A model generated the notes under the pieces. It made no database searches. It saw nothing but the letters and a program-made list of their open reading frames with translations, and had not been told where the DNA came from. Positions 53,142 through 63,594 of a stretch of 64,000 nucleotides of DNA are shown here, piece after piece. The stretch spans positions 7,880-71,879 of the forward strand of contig JAISHM010000006.1 in the NCBI GenBank assembly GCA_031262525.1, written 5' to 3'. How positions within the stretch are numbered: the stretch's first letter is position 1; each line of letters starts with the position of its first letter. The translations under genes were made by a program, and so were the position numbers. This DNA comes from Rickettsiales bacterium (lineage in GTDB: Bacteria > Pseudomonadota > Alphaproteobacteria > Rs-D84).

Positions 53142-54100
53142 ATGATGAAATAAAAAAATTTGTGGTTGGCGATTTGGATAATGGGCAAAGGCTGGATAAA
53201 TTTTTATCCGCCCAAATGCCAGAATTTTCGCGCAATGAAATCCAAAAATTTGGAATTGTAAAAATCCCAGATAAAAAAATAAAATTATCAGATAGGGTAA
53301 AGGTCGGTGATATTTTTGCGGTGTCATTGCCGATAAAAACAGAATCAAACAAAATAATCGCAGCGAAAAAAAATGAATTCCCGCTGGATATTTTATACGA
53401 AGACAATGATATTATTGTTGTGAATAAACCACGTGGGGTTGCCATGTATCCAGGCGCAGGACGCGAAGACGATACAATGGTTGCACGCGTTTTAGCACAC
53501 ACAAATTTATCAAACTTATCTGGTGATATGCGACCTGGTGTTGTGCATCGTTTGGATAAAGATACCAGTGGAATCGTTATTTTTGCAAAGTCTGACGCGG
53601 CGATGCGCACGCTGACCGCGACCTTTGCGGCGCATGATTTAATAAGAAAATATATTGCATTTGTTTGGGGAATTCCAAATTGGGAAACTGCGGATATTTT
53701 TGGAAATATCGGACGCAGCACAAAAAACAGACAAAAAATGACAATGTTAAAGGTCGGTGGAAAGCCTGCCCAAACACAGGTGCGCGTTGTGAATGCGTGG
53801 GCGCACTTTGGTATATCAAAACTGGAATGCACATTATTGACGGGGCGGACACATCAAATTCGTGTTCATTTGTCGTCGCACGGATTTCCTGTTGTTTGCG
53901 ACCCTGTGTATGGTCGTGGCACTTCGCGTCTGGGCAGTGTCAAAGATTTAGATTTGTTGGATTTTATAAAAACACATCATGGGCAAATGTTGCATGCAGC
54001 GGTTTTAGAATTACATCACCCAATTACAAATGAATTGTTAAAGTTTCGGTCAAAATTGCCGACTGATATGAAGGAACTGCAAGAAATTTTATCTAATTGA
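53138..54100 (+). CDS. rluD: RluA-family 23S rRNA pseudouridine synthase (RluD-like)
   Basis: N-terminal S4 domain, catalytic HRLDKDTSG, and TGRTHQIRVH. Confidence 0.85.
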   Translation: MNDEIKKFVVGDLDNGQRLDKFLSAQMPEFSRNEIQKFGIVKIPDKKIKLSDRVKVGDIFAVSLPIKTESNKIIAAKKNEFPLDILYEDNDIIVVNKPRGVAMYPGAGREDDTMVARVLAHTNLSNLSGDMRPGVVHRLDKDTSGIVIFAKSDAAMRTLTATFAAHDLIRKYIAFVWGIPNWETADIFGNIGRSTKNRQKMTMLKVGGKPAQTQVRVVNAWAHFGISKLECTLLTGRTHQIRVHLSSHGFPVVCDPVYGRGTSRLGSVKDLDLLDFIKTHHGQMLHAAVLELHHPITNELLKFRSKLPTDMKELQEILSN

Positions 54101-55633
54101 AACCGCGTCAATCATTGTGCGCTGGACAGGCTCTGGCGATACTTGCTTAAAATCTGGGCCTGCTGCTATTTCTGGATTGTCGTCATTCGGCAAAATAATA
54201 ATCTCTTCGGTGGTTGTTTTTTTCTCAATCGGTTTATCATTTGTTTGATAAAAAGTTTTTGATTTATATTTTTTGCGCAGCGCGTCTGATAAATTCAGAT
54301 AGTCCATCGGATTTATTCCGGTCGCGATATGAATTTCATTCGGACGTGATGAATTTATTGTATCTGCCGAATAAATAGGATTGATAAAGTTTTGCGCAGA
54401 TTGTTCAATTGTTTGCGCAACCCCAGTTCCATTTAATTCACGAATTTCCAATGCGCGCACAGATGTCCCGCTGGGGTTTATTTTAATTAGGCCGGTCGCC
54501 CCACGAAATCCCGAAGGATTTGTTAAAAACGAGTTCGTATCGTCGTTGTGTAATGATGCAATCGCCAATGTTGACGCGTCATACCCCAGCGCCGAAAATA
54601 TAGAAGCGTCGTCCCCTGTTATATTTTTATATTCGTCTGCAAAATTTTGTGAAATTGCGGGCATGGCAGAAAAACGCGCGCCACTGAAAATCATATCCGA
54701 CATCATTGCAGAATTATCCCACATTGCTGTTCCATAAAAACTGACGCGATTCGCAGGGACATCAAAGTATCGTAAAAAACTGCCCAGGGAACGCGAATCA
54801 TTTACATTCCCCAGAAACAGAACTGCGTTATACGGAACATTTCCAATTGTGTCGGTTTTATTTAATTTCTCTAATTTTGTATTCAAATTTAATTTTTGTG
54901 CCGTATCCAAGTTTTGGGTCATAAGCGCATCAGACAAAATCTCTCTCGCGCGTGTGTTTGCATTTTCACGTGCGTTAAACATTGCCCCGTTTTGTGCCGC
55001 GTTGCGCAAGGATTCCATATCACCAGATTTGTAATAATAAAATCCAGATATTTCCAGTTTGTAAATATCGGCCGCGTTTAATGCGGTATTTGCCATTGTA
55101 TGTCCAGATGCGTCATCAGGCGCAAAAATAATTATATTTTTTTTGTTTTCTGATGCGATAAATTTAACAATCGCATCGGCGCTTTGGGTTGGTATCAACG
55201 ACATTGTTGATACATTATCGCCCAATGCATAGACATCAGATGTAAATGTTATTGCGGGTATTCGTGATGATTTTTCCCCGCGCAAAGTTTTTACATTTTC
55301 CGATGTCAGAGGACCGATTATAAAATCAGGGTCATCATCCAATGCTACTTCTATCTTTTCAGATACAATATCATCGTCCGCGATATTGGTAAAGCGTACA
55401 TTTATATTCGGGTCGCGCGCAGAAATAAACGCCAGCGCCGCGCCACGACGAATATCATTCGCAACGGCCGATTCGGGTAAAACCACAGAAATAGTTTTTG
55501 TAGAATTTAATTGGGGTAAATTATTTTCCCCCAGGTCGGTCGCGTTTGATACAGGAATATGCGTTGTTTGTGTGCATCCCGCCACTGCAAACGCACCCAC
55601 CACCAGCAATAATTTAATTTTTTGTATAAACAT
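54089..55633 (-). CDS. LpoA/LppC-like lipoprotein (periplasmic-binding-protein fold)
   Basis: Lipobox AFAVAGC. 514 aa with a type-1 PBP-like pattern. It is divergent from rsmI, as lpoA(yraM)/rsmI(yraL) are in E. coli. Confidence 0.5.
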   Translation of the reverse strand: MFIQKIKLLLVVGAFAVAGCTQTTHIPVSNATDLGENNLPQLNSTKTISVVLPESAVANDIRRGAALAFISARDPNINVRFTNIADDDIVSEKIEVALDDDPDFIIGPLTSENVKTLRGEKSSRIPAITFTSDVYALGDNVSTMSLIPTQSADAIVKFIASENKKNIIIFAPDDASGHTMANTALNAADIYKLEISGFYYYKSGDMESLRNAAQNGAMFNARENANTRAREILSDALMTQNLDTAQKLNLNTKLEKLNKTDTIGNVPYNAVLFLGNVNDSRSLGSFLRYFDVPANRVSFYGTAMWDNSAMMSDMIFSGARFSAMPAISQNFADEYKNITGDDASIFSALGYDASTLAIASLHNDDTNSFLTNPSGFRGATGLIKINPSGTSVRALEIRELNGTGVAQTIEQSAQNFINPIYSADTINSSRPNEIHIATGINPMDYLNLSDALRKKYKSKTFYQTNDKPIEKKTTTEEIIILPNDDNPEIAAGPDFKQVSPEPVQRTMIDAVSIR

Positions 55634-55678
55634 TGAAAAATCCTATTTATAGTATAATATATATGAAAAAGGTAAAAA

Positions 55679-56491
55679 ATGCAATCGGGTCTTTATCTTG
55701 TTGGCACACCAATTGGAAATCTGGGGGATATGTCGGCGCGCGCAATCGAAACTTTGCGTGATGTTGATTTAATTGCGTGCGAAGATACCCGCGTGTTTGG
55801 GAAATTGGCGTCGCACTTTGATATAAAAACACGACGTGTTGCCTTTCATGACCATAACGAGCAAAAATCTGTTGATAAAATTATGGAAATGTTGCGGGAT
55901 AAAAATATGTCGGTGGCAGTGGTGTCTGATGCGGGAATGCCGGGCATAGCAGACCCAGGTTTTCGTATTGTTCGAGCATGTCGTGATGCGGGGATTCCAG
56001 TATTTGCTGTGCCGGGGCCAACCGCGGTTGCAACGGCAGTGGCGATATCTGGATTTGCGACAAACAGATTTACTTTTTGTAATTTTTTGCCACCGACAAA
56101 AAATGCGCGCCTGGCGAAGTTGCGCAATGACAATCGGTTGCGTCATACATTGGTTTATTACGAAAGCCCAAATCGTATTATGGATACAATCGCGGATTTT
56201 GCAGCGATTATGCCAGAACGAAAAATTGCGATTATTCGTGAAATAACAAAAATCTATGAACAGGCAATAATTGGTTATCCCGCTGAATTGGTTGGTATTG
56301 AACCCCCGCGTGGGGAAATAGTTATTGTTGTAGAAGGCGGGGCAGAGCCCAATATGACAGATGAAGAATTAAAAGCATTGGTAAATGATGTGGTTGCAGC
56401 CGGACATAAAACCAAAGATGCCGCCGAAATTATCGCATCGCATGCGGGGATTTCGCGGTCTGATGCTTATGAAATGGTGTTAAAAAAATGA
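55679..56491 (+). CDS. rsmI: 16S rRNA (cytidine1402-2'-O)-methyltransferase
   Basis: LYLVGTPIGNLGDMSARAIETLRDVDLIACEDTR is the tetrapyrrole-methylase-fold RsmI signature. Confidence 0.9.
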   Translation: MQSGLYLVGTPIGNLGDMSARAIETLRDVDLIACEDTRVFGKLASHFDIKTRRVAFHDHNEQKSVDKIMEMLRDKNMSVAVVSDAGMPGIADPGFRIVRACRDAGIPVFAVPGPTAVATAVAISGFATNRFTFCNFLPPTKNARLAKLRNDNRLRHTLVYYESPNRIMDTIADFAAIMPERKIAIIREITKIYEQAIIGYPAELVGIEPPRGEIVIVVEGGAEPNMTDEELKALVNDVVAAGHKTKDAAEIIASHAGISRSDAYEMVLKK

Positions 56492-57057
56492 ATATAAAAT
56501 TTTTGGGCAGTTTTGAAAAAGTGCAAAGTTTGCCAAAAACTCATTTTGATGAGTATGCTTTTGTCGGGCGCAGTAATGTTGGTAAGTCATCGTTGATAAA
56601 TGCGATTGCGGGCGCGGTCATTGCACGCACATCAAAGACACCAGGACGGACACAATCATTAAATTTATTTAACTTTGGCGACCGACTGGCAATTATGGAT
56701 TTGCCAGGGTATGGGTACGCAAAAATTTCCAAAGAAACCGAAGATATGTGGCTGGATAGATTACAAGATTATTTAATAAATCGCGACCAATTAAAATTAT
56801 TGTTCTTGCTGATAGATGCGCGTCATGAATTAAAAAAGTCAGATAAACTGGTTATGGATTTTTGTGATGCAAACGCAATTCGCTATCAAATAATTTTAAC
56901 AAAAATAGATAAATCAAACAAAAAAATAATTGCCGAGATAAAAAATGAAATTGGTGCAAAGCCTCGACCTGCGGCAACGACGGATATTTTGGAAACATCT
57001 GCAAATAAAAACATAGGTATTGAATATATAAAAAAGGTCTTAGGTCTTAGGTCATAG
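56488..57057 (+). CDS. engB: ribosome biogenesis GTPase EngB/YsxC
   Basis: GRSNVGKSSLINAI G1, DLPGYGYA G3, and TKIDK G4. Confidence 0.9.
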   Translation: MNIKFLGSFEKVQSLPKTHFDEYAFVGRSNVGKSSLINAIAGAVIARTSKTPGRTQSLNLFNFGDRLAIMDLPGYGYAKISKETEDMWLDRLQDYLINRDQLKLLFLLIDARHELKKSDKLVMDFCDANAIRYQIILTKIDKSNKKIIAEIKNEIGAKPRPAATTDILETSANKNIGIEYIKKVLGLRS

Positions 57058-57060
57058 GGC

Positions 57061-59485
57061 ATGGGTATAAAGATTATGAAAAAAAATAAAAATAATATCT
57101 TTTGCACAGCGAACCCATCACGAATGTATGACGCGTTATGGGAAATTATGTCCGCGTCCGATGACCTGACACGTGATGTTATATTTTTACCATCCAGGCG
57201 CGCAATTCGCGAATTGGAAAAATACATTGCGGAAAAACGGGGGGGGGGCTGTTATTTTGCCAAAACTGGTCGCGCTGGGCGAGGGGGACGATACAGAATT
57301 TGACGATGATACAGATGATAATATTGTGTCAAATTTAACGCGTTTGGTTGTGTTATCAAAGTTGCTGTCCGTGGCGGAAAAGAAAAGTTTTTCGTCCGCA
57401 CTGCCAATCGCGCGTGATTTAATTCATATGGAAGATTATATGGAGACCGAGGGGGTATTGTCGCCAGATTGGAACGCCTTGGTTGATGAAAAGTATGCGG
57501 GTCATTTTCAGCGCAAGGCCGAATTTTTATCTATTGCCGATAATATTATGCCGGCATTATTTAATGGAAAAATTACCGAAACCGCACACAGAAATAAAAA
57601 AATTCGTGAGTGGATAAATTATGATTTCAAGGGGCGCGTGATTGTATGTGGCAGCACCGCGTCAATTCCAGCCACACGTGATTTAATGATTCATATTGCT
57701 GGTCTGCCAAATGGATTTATAATTTTACCTGGGAAAATTTATGGGCAAAAAATAGAAGATAATGATTTTTGTAATCCTTATTTTATGGAAAATCAGTTCT
57801 TGAAAAAACTGGGACTGACCGCGCTGGACGCATTCCCGCTTGGGGTTAAAGATAATGATATAGACTTCTTTAATGCAGCATTTAATAATTTTGGTGGAAA
57901 AATGTTCGCGCCAAATTCAGTGCGCAGGATTGACACCATGCGCGAAGGCGAAGAGATGGATGTTGCCGCCGAAATTGCGAAAGACGCACAAAATCAAAAT
58001 AAATCTGTTTTAATAATAACGCCTGACAGCGCAGGGAATCAGCGTTTGCGCGAATCTTTGGAGCGCCGTGGCGTGTCCGCTGATTTTTCAGCGGGTGTGC
58101 CGGCTGTGCAATCAAAAACAGCGCGTCATATATTAAATTTATTGGCAGACGCGCAGAATAATTTACAAATTAAAAATTTAATAGAATGGTTAGATTCGGT
58201 GAATATAGATTTTTCAGAATCTGACGCGCCGATTATATTAAAATTGCAAGAATTATCAAATGCGTTGTGCGATAATGATATTACTTTGGGACAGAGTGAT
58301 ATGGCCAGTGTTATTCGTGATGTGTTATCAAATGTGCAAATGCGCGGGACAGCAGATGACGCGCCATCTGTGCGTGTTTTGGGTATGATTGAATCACGTA
58401 TGCAATCCGCAGATGTTATAATTTTAACAGGTCTGAACGAGGGTATGTTTCCATCACACGGGTATGAAAATCCATGGCTTCCCCGTCATATTTCACAAAA
58501 GATTGGGTTGCCACCACCCCAGCGTAAGGTATCACTGATGGCGTTGGATTTTATGACTTTGTCATGTGGTGATAAAGTTTATTGGTTGCGCAGTCGTGCG
58601 TCTGGCGGTGCGCAAACGACCCAATCGCGTTTTTTATCACGCGTTGATGTTCGTGCGCATAATATAAAATATGATAATCATTTTCTGGATATTGTTCGCG
58701 CGCAAAATAATCTGCCGTATAAGCAATTGTCATCAGCGGCGCCAACACCACCCGCAGATTGGTCGCCTGTATTTGTTACTGCGCTGGAATTACTGATACA
58801 TAATCCATACGCTTTTTATGCAAAACATATTTTGCATTTATCCCCGAAAAAAGAATGGTGGGCGGGCGCAGATGCGCGTGATTTTGGTGATGTTGTGCAT
58901 AAGGAAGTAGAAAATTTAATAAAAAATAACATAACCCCGAACGAGGTAGATATTATAAAATCTTTGGAAAAACGCGCGACCGATGTTTTGCCAGCGAATA
59001 GTGTTATGATGCACTTTTGGAAAAAAAGATTTATACAAATCGCGCCAAAAATTGTGGAACTTTTAACCGACCCAAAAATAAAAAATATCCAGTCCGAGGT
59101 TTTATTAAAAACACAAATTCACGGACGTTTAGTTTGTGCAATTGCAGATATGGCTTTTGATACTCCGTCAGGGCCAGTTGCGCTGGATATAAAAACAGGA
59201 AGCGTTCCCAGTAAAAAAGATTTAATAGATGGTATGATGCCACAATTACCAGCCGAGGCAATAATGATTGGTGCAGTCGCAATAAAATTTTTGCAACTGA
59301 AAAATAATGATGTAAAGCCAATTGAATACACGGGGGATGACCTGGAAAATATGATAAATGGAACAAAGCAAAAATTGGCAGAATTGTTTAATATGTATGG
59401 TCAGGACTTTGCACCATACGAATATAGGCTGACTGGTAATATAAAATATGATAGATATCGCGACCTGGGGCGCATTGACGACTAG
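57061..59485 (+). pseudogene. AddB-like PD-(D/E)XK double-strand-break repair nuclease, frameshifted at a G10 tract
   Basis: ORF 57061-57303 (...VIFLPSRRAIRELEKYIAEKRGGG) and ORF 57173-59485 (...GGGAVILPKLVALGEGDD...) are two frames of one AddB-like N-terminus joined at GGGGGGGGGG (57239-57248). The C-terminus has ALDIKTGS nuclease-type and HNPYAFYAKHIL motifs. Confidence 0.6.
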
Positions 59486-60192
59486 CCCACAATCCCGTTT
59501 TTAATAGTAATAATTCGGTCGGCGCGTTTCGCCAAATTCATATCATGTGTTACAAACAGCATTGACATTTTTGTTTCCCGTGTCAGGGATAATAATAAAT
59601 CAAAAACACCCGTCGCATGCGCAGGGTCCAAGGAACCTGTCGGCTCGTCCGCCAGGACAATTTCGGGGGAATTTGCCAAAGCGCGTGCAACCGCCACGCG
59701 TTGTTGTTCGCCACCAGACATTTGTGATGGTCGATGCGACGCGCGATGTAAAACATTTACCATTTTCAATAATTTTTTCGCACGAATTTCGACCGCCACC
59801 GCGCTGGTCCCATTTGCCAGCATCGGCATCATCACATTTTCCAACGCATTAAAATCACCCAACAGGTTATGACGCTGATAAACAAATCCTAATTTAGTGC
59901 GCCGTATCATTGTTCGTGCGTCATCATTCATCTTGTCAGTGCGCACATTTGTAATTGTAATTTGTCCGCCACTGGGGCGTTCCAATAATCCAACGCATTG
60001 CAACAATGTTGATTTTCCACAGCCCGATGGCCCAACCAGCGCGATAATTTCGCCCCGCATTAAATCAAATCCACCCCCACGCAAAATTTGTAAAGGCGCG
60101 CCACCTTCGGTAAAAGACTTTTTTATATTGCTGACCGACAATACCGCCGGACGCTTTTTTACAGATGTCAAAGATTTTAAGATTCCACTCAT
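59482..60192 (-). CDS. lolD: lipoprotein-releasing ABC transporter ATP-binding protein
   Basis: GPSGCGKSTLL Walker A, MSGGEQQRVAVARAL signature, and VLADEPTGSLD Walker B. It directly follows a lolC/E-type permease. Confidence 0.85.
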   Translation of the reverse strand: MSGILKSLTSVKKRPAVLSVSNIKKSFTEGGAPLQILRGGGFDLMRGEIIALVGPSGCGKSTLLQCVGLLERPSGGQITITNVRTDKMNDDARTMIRRTKLGFVYQRHNLLGDFNALENVMMPMLANGTSAVAVEIRAKKLLKMVNVLHRASHRPSQMSGGEQQRVAVARALANSPEIVLADEPTGSLDPAHATGVFDLLLSLTRETKMSMLFVTHDMNLAKRADRIITIKNGIVG

Positions 60193-60195
60193 TTT

Positions 60196-61455
60196 TTACT
60201 CGTTCCGTAAGACTTCTACTGGGTCTGTTTTTGCCGCTTTGTATGCAGGATATAATGTTGCCAAAAATGCCAATAAAATTGCAACCAGCGCAATCCCCGC
60301 GACATTTGCTAACTCTATTTTTGATGGCAATTCAGACAGATAATACAATTCCGAAGGGAATAAATCGCGACCTGTTATTACCTGGAAAAACTGGCGGATT
60401 GGTTCAATATATTTTGCAATCAAGACCCCAAAAATTGTGCCGAACACCGCACCAATTACACCTATGCTGGACCCGCAAAGAATAAATATCTTCATCATAG
60501 ATTTTTTTGATACCCCAAAGGTGCGCAGCACCGCAATATCTCGCGATTTGTCCTTGACCAACATAACCAATGACGAAATTATATTAAATGCCGCAACAAT
60601 TACAATCAGTAATAAAATCAAAAACATAACATTTGATTCAACTTGCAACGCGCCAACAAATCCGCGGTTTAATTCCCGCCAATCGCGCACAATAAATCCG
60701 TCGGGCAGGGCGGTCGCCAGCGCATCACGAACCACGTTTGTGTCATCTGGGTTTTGTAAAAATAAATCTATGTGTGATACCGAGTCCCGCGCGCCCAAAA
60801 ACTTTTGCGCCGCATTTAATGGCATAAACACATAGCCAGAGTCATATTCATACATTCCAATAAAAAAACTGGATACCAATGGATATGATTGAATCCGTGG
60901 AATTGTTCCGAATGCTGTGGCGGTGCCGCCATTGGCCGAAACCATTGTCGCGCTCTTGTTTATATTTAATTGCAAAGTTCGAACAAGATTCATTCCCATA
61001 ATCAGTTTGTCGCCAGAAACCTCGGCAATTGGTGCGCCGAATACTTTTGCCCCAGATTCGCGCGCAAACATTTTTGCCAGTTTATTAGTCGGAACCCCAC
61101 GCACCATCGCCCCAGAGTTTTTTCCATTTGCGGATATCATAATTTGTCCCTCGGCAATAGGGACTATATCAGTTGTGTGCGCCGCCACAACTTTATTTTC
61201 CATCATTTTTTCTATTAAATAATCGTAATCTGTAATCGCGCCATCAGAATGATATACAACAACATGACCATTCATTCCGACTATACGAGAGAGCAAAGTA
61301 TCATGAAATCCGCCCATAACAGACATAACAACTATCAAGGTTGCCGTCCCCAGCGCAATCCCCAAAAGCGATACCCATGAAATCACACTGCCAAAGCCGC
61401 GGCCGCGTGCGCGCAGATACCGAAATGCAATTGTTCGTTCTAGCCTGTTAAACAT
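60196..61455 (-). CDS. lolE: lipoprotein-releasing system permease (LolC/LolE family)
   Basis: 419 aa. RYLRARGRGFGSVISW N-terminus, large periplasmic loop, and C-terminal FtsX domain (LRTFGVSKKSMMKIF). Confidence 0.85.
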   Translation of the reverse strand: MFNRLERTIAFRYLRARGRGFGSVISWVSLLGIALGTATLIVVMSVMGGFHDTLLSRIVGMNGHVVVYHSDGAITDYDYLIEKMMENKVVAAHTTDIVPIAEGQIMISANGKNSGAMVRGVPTNKLAKMFARESGAKVFGAPIAEVSGDKLIMGMNLVRTLQLNINKSATMVSANGGTATAFGTIPRIQSYPLVSSFFIGMYEYDSGYVFMPLNAAQKFLGARDSVSHIDLFLQNPDDTNVVRDALATALPDGFIVRDWRELNRGFVGALQVESNVMFLILLLIVIVAAFNIISSLVMLVKDKSRDIAVLRTFGVSKKSMMKIFILCGSSIGVIGAVFGTIFGVLIAKYIEPIRQFFQVITGRDLFPSELYYLSELPSKIELANVAGIALVAILLAFLATLYPAYKAAKTDPVEVLRNE

Positions 61456-61458
61456 TTT

Positions 61459-62766
61459 TTAATCCCCCAGGTATTCGCGCAACGCATCGCCAGATAATTG
61501 CGTGTTTTCTGTATCGTCTGATTCAGTGATAGATATTACACGCGGACTCATAAACACGACCAGTTCTGCGAACGGGCTGACCAATGTTTCGGGGGTTGTA
61601 ACAAATGAATGTGTCGGAATCCCAATAATTACATAATTATCCCCCAGTGTTGATGGCACATCAAAATTTACCAGCTCGCCATCACTGGTGCGAAGTGCAA
61701 TTTTTGCATCAACCTTCATCGTGTCTGCATATTTTCCATATTTACCTGTTGCGCCGATTATTAAATCTGTTTCCAGCCTGTCCTCGCGGGAACATTGGCC
61801 AATATCAAATCTGCTCTGCCAATTATTAGGCAAGACAAATGTTCCCTGGGAAATTAAAACCACATTCGCCTGGGTTGATAAAAACTCTTGCAGGGTTTTT
61901 GTATTTATATCTGGGCTGGTCACCAGCAAGCGTCCAACCACCCCAGGAATTGACATCTTTATATTATCCGCACCAAATGCAGGCAGCATATTCATCCAAA
62001 CAATCGGATTATCTGTGCGTGGATATACGCGATAAATATCCAAATCCCATGCCACCAGATATTTTTTAGAATCTATGTCAGATATGATATTGCGCGCAGT
62101 GCGTTCGGTTTGATAATTTCCAGAAAATACCAGTGTTTTATCCGCCCAGTTTGTAGTCAAGTTGCGCAAACCTGCGCCACGCATTGCGTCCAGTAATGCC
62201 ATAATCATATACTGGTCGGTTGGCATTTTCATCAGCCATTTCCCACGCGAAGAAATTCGCAGTTCCATCGCGTCATCATCGTATGTGTAATACGCATGCC
62301 CCAGTTTAGAAATCAGTTCCACCGCATCCGATAAAGTCCCAGATTTTATTTCACCACTGACCAGGTCTGGGATATTCTCGTCCGATACTACTTTTATTTT
62401 TGTGCCATCCAGTAATTTTTCCAAAACATCAGCCACGGGTTTTTTTGTAAAAACAAAATCTGAAACCGCAAAATCGGGCAACGCATCCCCAGTGTTTAAC
62501 CGAATAATTTCTATGGGTTGCGCGGGCAGAACAGATAAAACACTTTGATTATTCCAATCAACACTGCAACGCTTTGGCAAATCCAATGCGAAACGGCGCG
62601 CGGTATCTGTGGTCAATGCAGCCTTGCGCGGAAAAATCGGCACAGATAAATCATCAACGACGATATTTTCCACAACCTGGATAGTATCATATTGTTGTGT
62701 GTTCTCGGTGCGACCAATACATCCCGCCACCAAAAATAAACATAAAATTAAAAATACTTTTTTCAT
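61459..62766 (-). CDS. secretin-like outer-membrane lipoprotein
   Basis: Lipobox LFLVAGC at the ATG at 62766. N0/STN-like segments (VADVLEKLLDGTKIKVV; LSDAVELISKLGHAYY). The C-terminal pattern ANVVLISQGTFVLPNNWQSRFDIGQ ... KVDAKIALRTSDGELVNFDV ... LGDNYVIIGIP ... ELVVFMSPRVI parallels the secretin domain blocks. There is a 3-nt gap to lolE. Confidence 0.45.
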   Translation of the reverse strand: MKKVFLILCLFLVAGCIGRTENTQQYDTIQVVENIVVDDLSVPIFPRKAALTTDTARRFALDLPKRCSVDWNNQSVLSVLPAQPIEIIRLNTGDALPDFAVSDFVFTKKPVADVLEKLLDGTKIKVVSDENIPDLVSGEIKSGTLSDAVELISKLGHAYYTYDDDAMELRISSRGKWLMKMPTDQYMIMALLDAMRGAGLRNLTTNWADKTLVFSGNYQTERTARNIISDIDSKKYLVAWDLDIYRVYPRTDNPIVWMNMLPAFGADNIKMSIPGVVGRLLVTSPDINTKTLQEFLSTQANVVLISQGTFVLPNNWQSRFDIGQCSREDRLETDLIIGATGKYGKYADTMKVDAKIALRTSDGELVNFDVPSTLGDNYVIIGIPTHSFVTTPETLVSPFAELVVFMSPRVISITESDDTENTQLSGDALREYLGD

Positions 62767-62782
62767 AGTTTGCGTCCCCACA

Positions 62783-63088
62783 TTATATATTCATCATTCG
62801 TTCGAATTCAGGCAGTGTCATTTCATAAATCGGTTTATTATTAGGCGTTACCAATTGTTTTGTATTCTCAAATTCCACTTTGTATTTTTCCACCAACGCG
62901 GTCAATTGTTTATCCGTTGTGTTTAATTTTTCGCCATACGCGTTTAACATTTCCAATACATCTGCGTCAAAAAAACGGCCAACATAATTTTCAGGCGCGA
63001 TTCCTTTTTGTGTGCGAATTGCCGCTGAAATAGTTTTAAGGGCTTCGTAAAAACCAGCAACGCGAATATATCTCTCTTCGGGTGTCAT
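62783..63088 (-). CDS. hypothetical protein
   Basis: 101 aa helical ORF, first gene of the minus-strand run 63088-59482. No motif recognised. Confidence 0.35.
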   Translation of the reverse strand: MTPEERYIRVAGFYEALKTISAAIRTQKGIAPENYVGRFFDADVLEMLNAYGEKLNTTDKQLTALVEKYKVEFENTKQLVTPNNKPIYEMTLPEFERMMNI

Positions 63089-63191
63089 ATCATTCCTTTA
63101 TATATAGTGTTTATTATACCCCAATCGGGCAGGGCGGCGCAATTAAAATTTAGATTATGAAAAAATTATTTTTTAGGGTATAATAAAGCCG

Positions 63192-63578
63192 ATGAAAAAA
63201 ATCTGTATCTTGATTATTGCTGGCTTTATCTTGGTTGGGTGTGCGTCTGCGAACCGCGGTTCCTTGGACGACGCGACTGTATTAAACTGGGAGAACGAGG
63301 CCGTAACAACCGAACAATTTGTGCGCGACCATAAATCATGTCTGGGGATTGAATCAAAATCGCACGCGCCGCGTTCGCGGATTGCAAAACTGCTATCGCC
63401 TAATCAGTCTGCGTTGATGCCGGATTGGGATGGGCTGTGGGTTACATTCCAAACAAATGAATATACTGATACGGGGCAACGCGCGCTGATGTCGGTGCCA
63501 CCAAATACGGCGGCTAAATCGGTTGGGGCGTATCGTAAATGTATGATGCGGCGTGGATATTTGTTGCGTGCAATATAA
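63192..63578 (+). CDS. hypothetical lipoprotein
   Basis: Lipobox FILVGC. 128 aa. Confidence 0.4.
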   Translation: MKKICILIIAGFILVGCASANRGSLDDATVLNWENEAVTTEQFVRDHKSCLGIESKSHAPRSRIAKLLSPNQSALMPDWDGLWVTFQTNEYTDTGQRALMSVPPNTAAKSVGAYRKCMMRRGYLLRAI

Positions 63579-63594
63579 ATAATCGGGCGAAATT

